Assembly: GCF_001194135.2 (NCBI RefSeq)
Contig: NC_068983.1
Coordinates: forward strand, 136,489,109-136,553,108
Direction: 5' to 3'
Length of the DNA stretch: 64,000 bases
DNA from: Octopus bimaculoides
Taxonomy: Eukaryota
This document shows, piece by piece, positions 62,951 to 64,000 of the stretch (its first letter is position 1; every line of letters begins with the position of its first letter). Below the pieces are notes generated by a model. It ran no database searches. It was given only the letters and a program-made list of their open reading frames with translations, and was not told the origin of the DNA. A program made the translations under genes and the position numbers.

Positions 62951-62985
<35 letters not shown>
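62922..62985. repeat. (TAA)n microsatellite
   Basis: Direct reading. Confidence 0.95.
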
Positions 62986-62986
<1 letters not shown>

Positions 62987-63509
62987 TTTGAAATAAATCG
63001 AGAAAAAAAAGACAACTGATAAAGGAAACCTCTTTCTTCAGCAAAGAAACTTTCTACCAATATTTCTTCTCATCTACTTCCTCGTATTCTCCTCCCTGTT
63101 CATTTGTTATTTTTTTACAACCGTCTAGCTTGTCAGGTTCTGGCTCCAATGGACTTCATGGCTTTACAATGTATTTCCTGCTTTCATCTATTCTGTTGAT
63201 TCAGTAATGTAAGTCTTCATTCATTCATGCAAAATAAAGATTAAAATTCTTGTTGAATTATTTTCTCATGCATTTAATCAGAATATATCTTATATATGGA
63301 TTTGACCATCTGATCAAACTGGCACTTGTTTATCTTTTAGCTTTCTCTCTCTCTCTCTCCTATTTTTTAATAATTTCATTTGATGACATTTCTGTTGTTT
63401 TCTTTGTCATTGTCATCACAAACATCATCCTCAATAACAGCAATGCCATCATTACTAGCACTGTTGACATCATTTCATTACTACATGTGTCACAAATAAC
63501 TATTGTCAT

Positions 63510-63730
63510 GTGGCGAGCTGACAGAAACGTTAGCATGCCGGGCGAAATACTTAGCAGTATTTCGTCTGCCGTAACGTTCTGAGTTCAAATTCCGCCGAGG
63601 TCGACTTTGCCTTTCATCCTTTCGGGGTCGATAAATTAAGTACCAGTTACGCACTGGGGTCGACTTAATCCCTTTGTCTGTCCTTGTTTGTCCCCTCTAT
63701 GTTTAGCCCCTTGTAGGTAGTAAAGAAATA
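63510..63730 (+). mobile_element. Young-looking full-length Nin-domain tRNA-derived SINE
   Basis: GTGGCGAGCTGACAGAAACGTTAGC A-box region, GTTCTGAGTTCAAATTCC B-box, and GCCTTTCATCCTTTCGGGGTCGATAAATTAAGTACCAG core. Confidence 0.9.
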
Positions 63731-63820
63731 AGACAACACCAGTTGTCAAGCAGTGATGGGGTACAAAGACACACACACATACATATATGTAAGTATACAT
63801 ATATATAAATGATGATGATA

Positions 63821-63884
<64 letters not shown>

Positions 63885-64000
63885 TATAGCTCTGTGTGTG
63901 TGCTTTGAGACATGGGGTGGTTAGGAAGGGTAGATGCCCTTCCTAACATAGCAACTTTACAGTGTACAAGGTGTTTTTTTTTTTTTTGTCACACCTGCAT

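Overview
AT-rich, microsatellite-dense animal genomic DNA with four N-gaps. The repeat families point to an octopus/coleoid cephalopod (inferred from recall, not from a database search). The only clear host coding sequence is one 106-nt exon (57536-57641, +) of an L-type voltage-gated Ca2+ channel alpha-1 subunit (Cav1, domain I S1). It is preceded by a U12 branch site (TTCCTTAAC) and an AC 3' splice site. No upstream exon or U12 donor was found, so about 57.5 kb of the window appears to be one very large minor-class intron. The rest is transposable elements: RTE LINE fragments and 3' tails, at least three SINE-like families, R4/Dong-like LINEs in (TAA)n, mariner, Tigger/pogo, piggyBac-like and hAT-like remnants, a decayed Gypsy pol, and two related tRNA-Trp-primed Gypsy-type LTR elements. 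The most unusual signal is in those two LTR elements. Each carries a tandem array of [LTR-end + primer-binding site] units. In the 1-600 element the LTR-proximal units hold about 38 nt complementary to the 3' half of mature tRNA-Trp including CCA, and the distal units are decayed, which suggests repeated capture of the primer tRNA.
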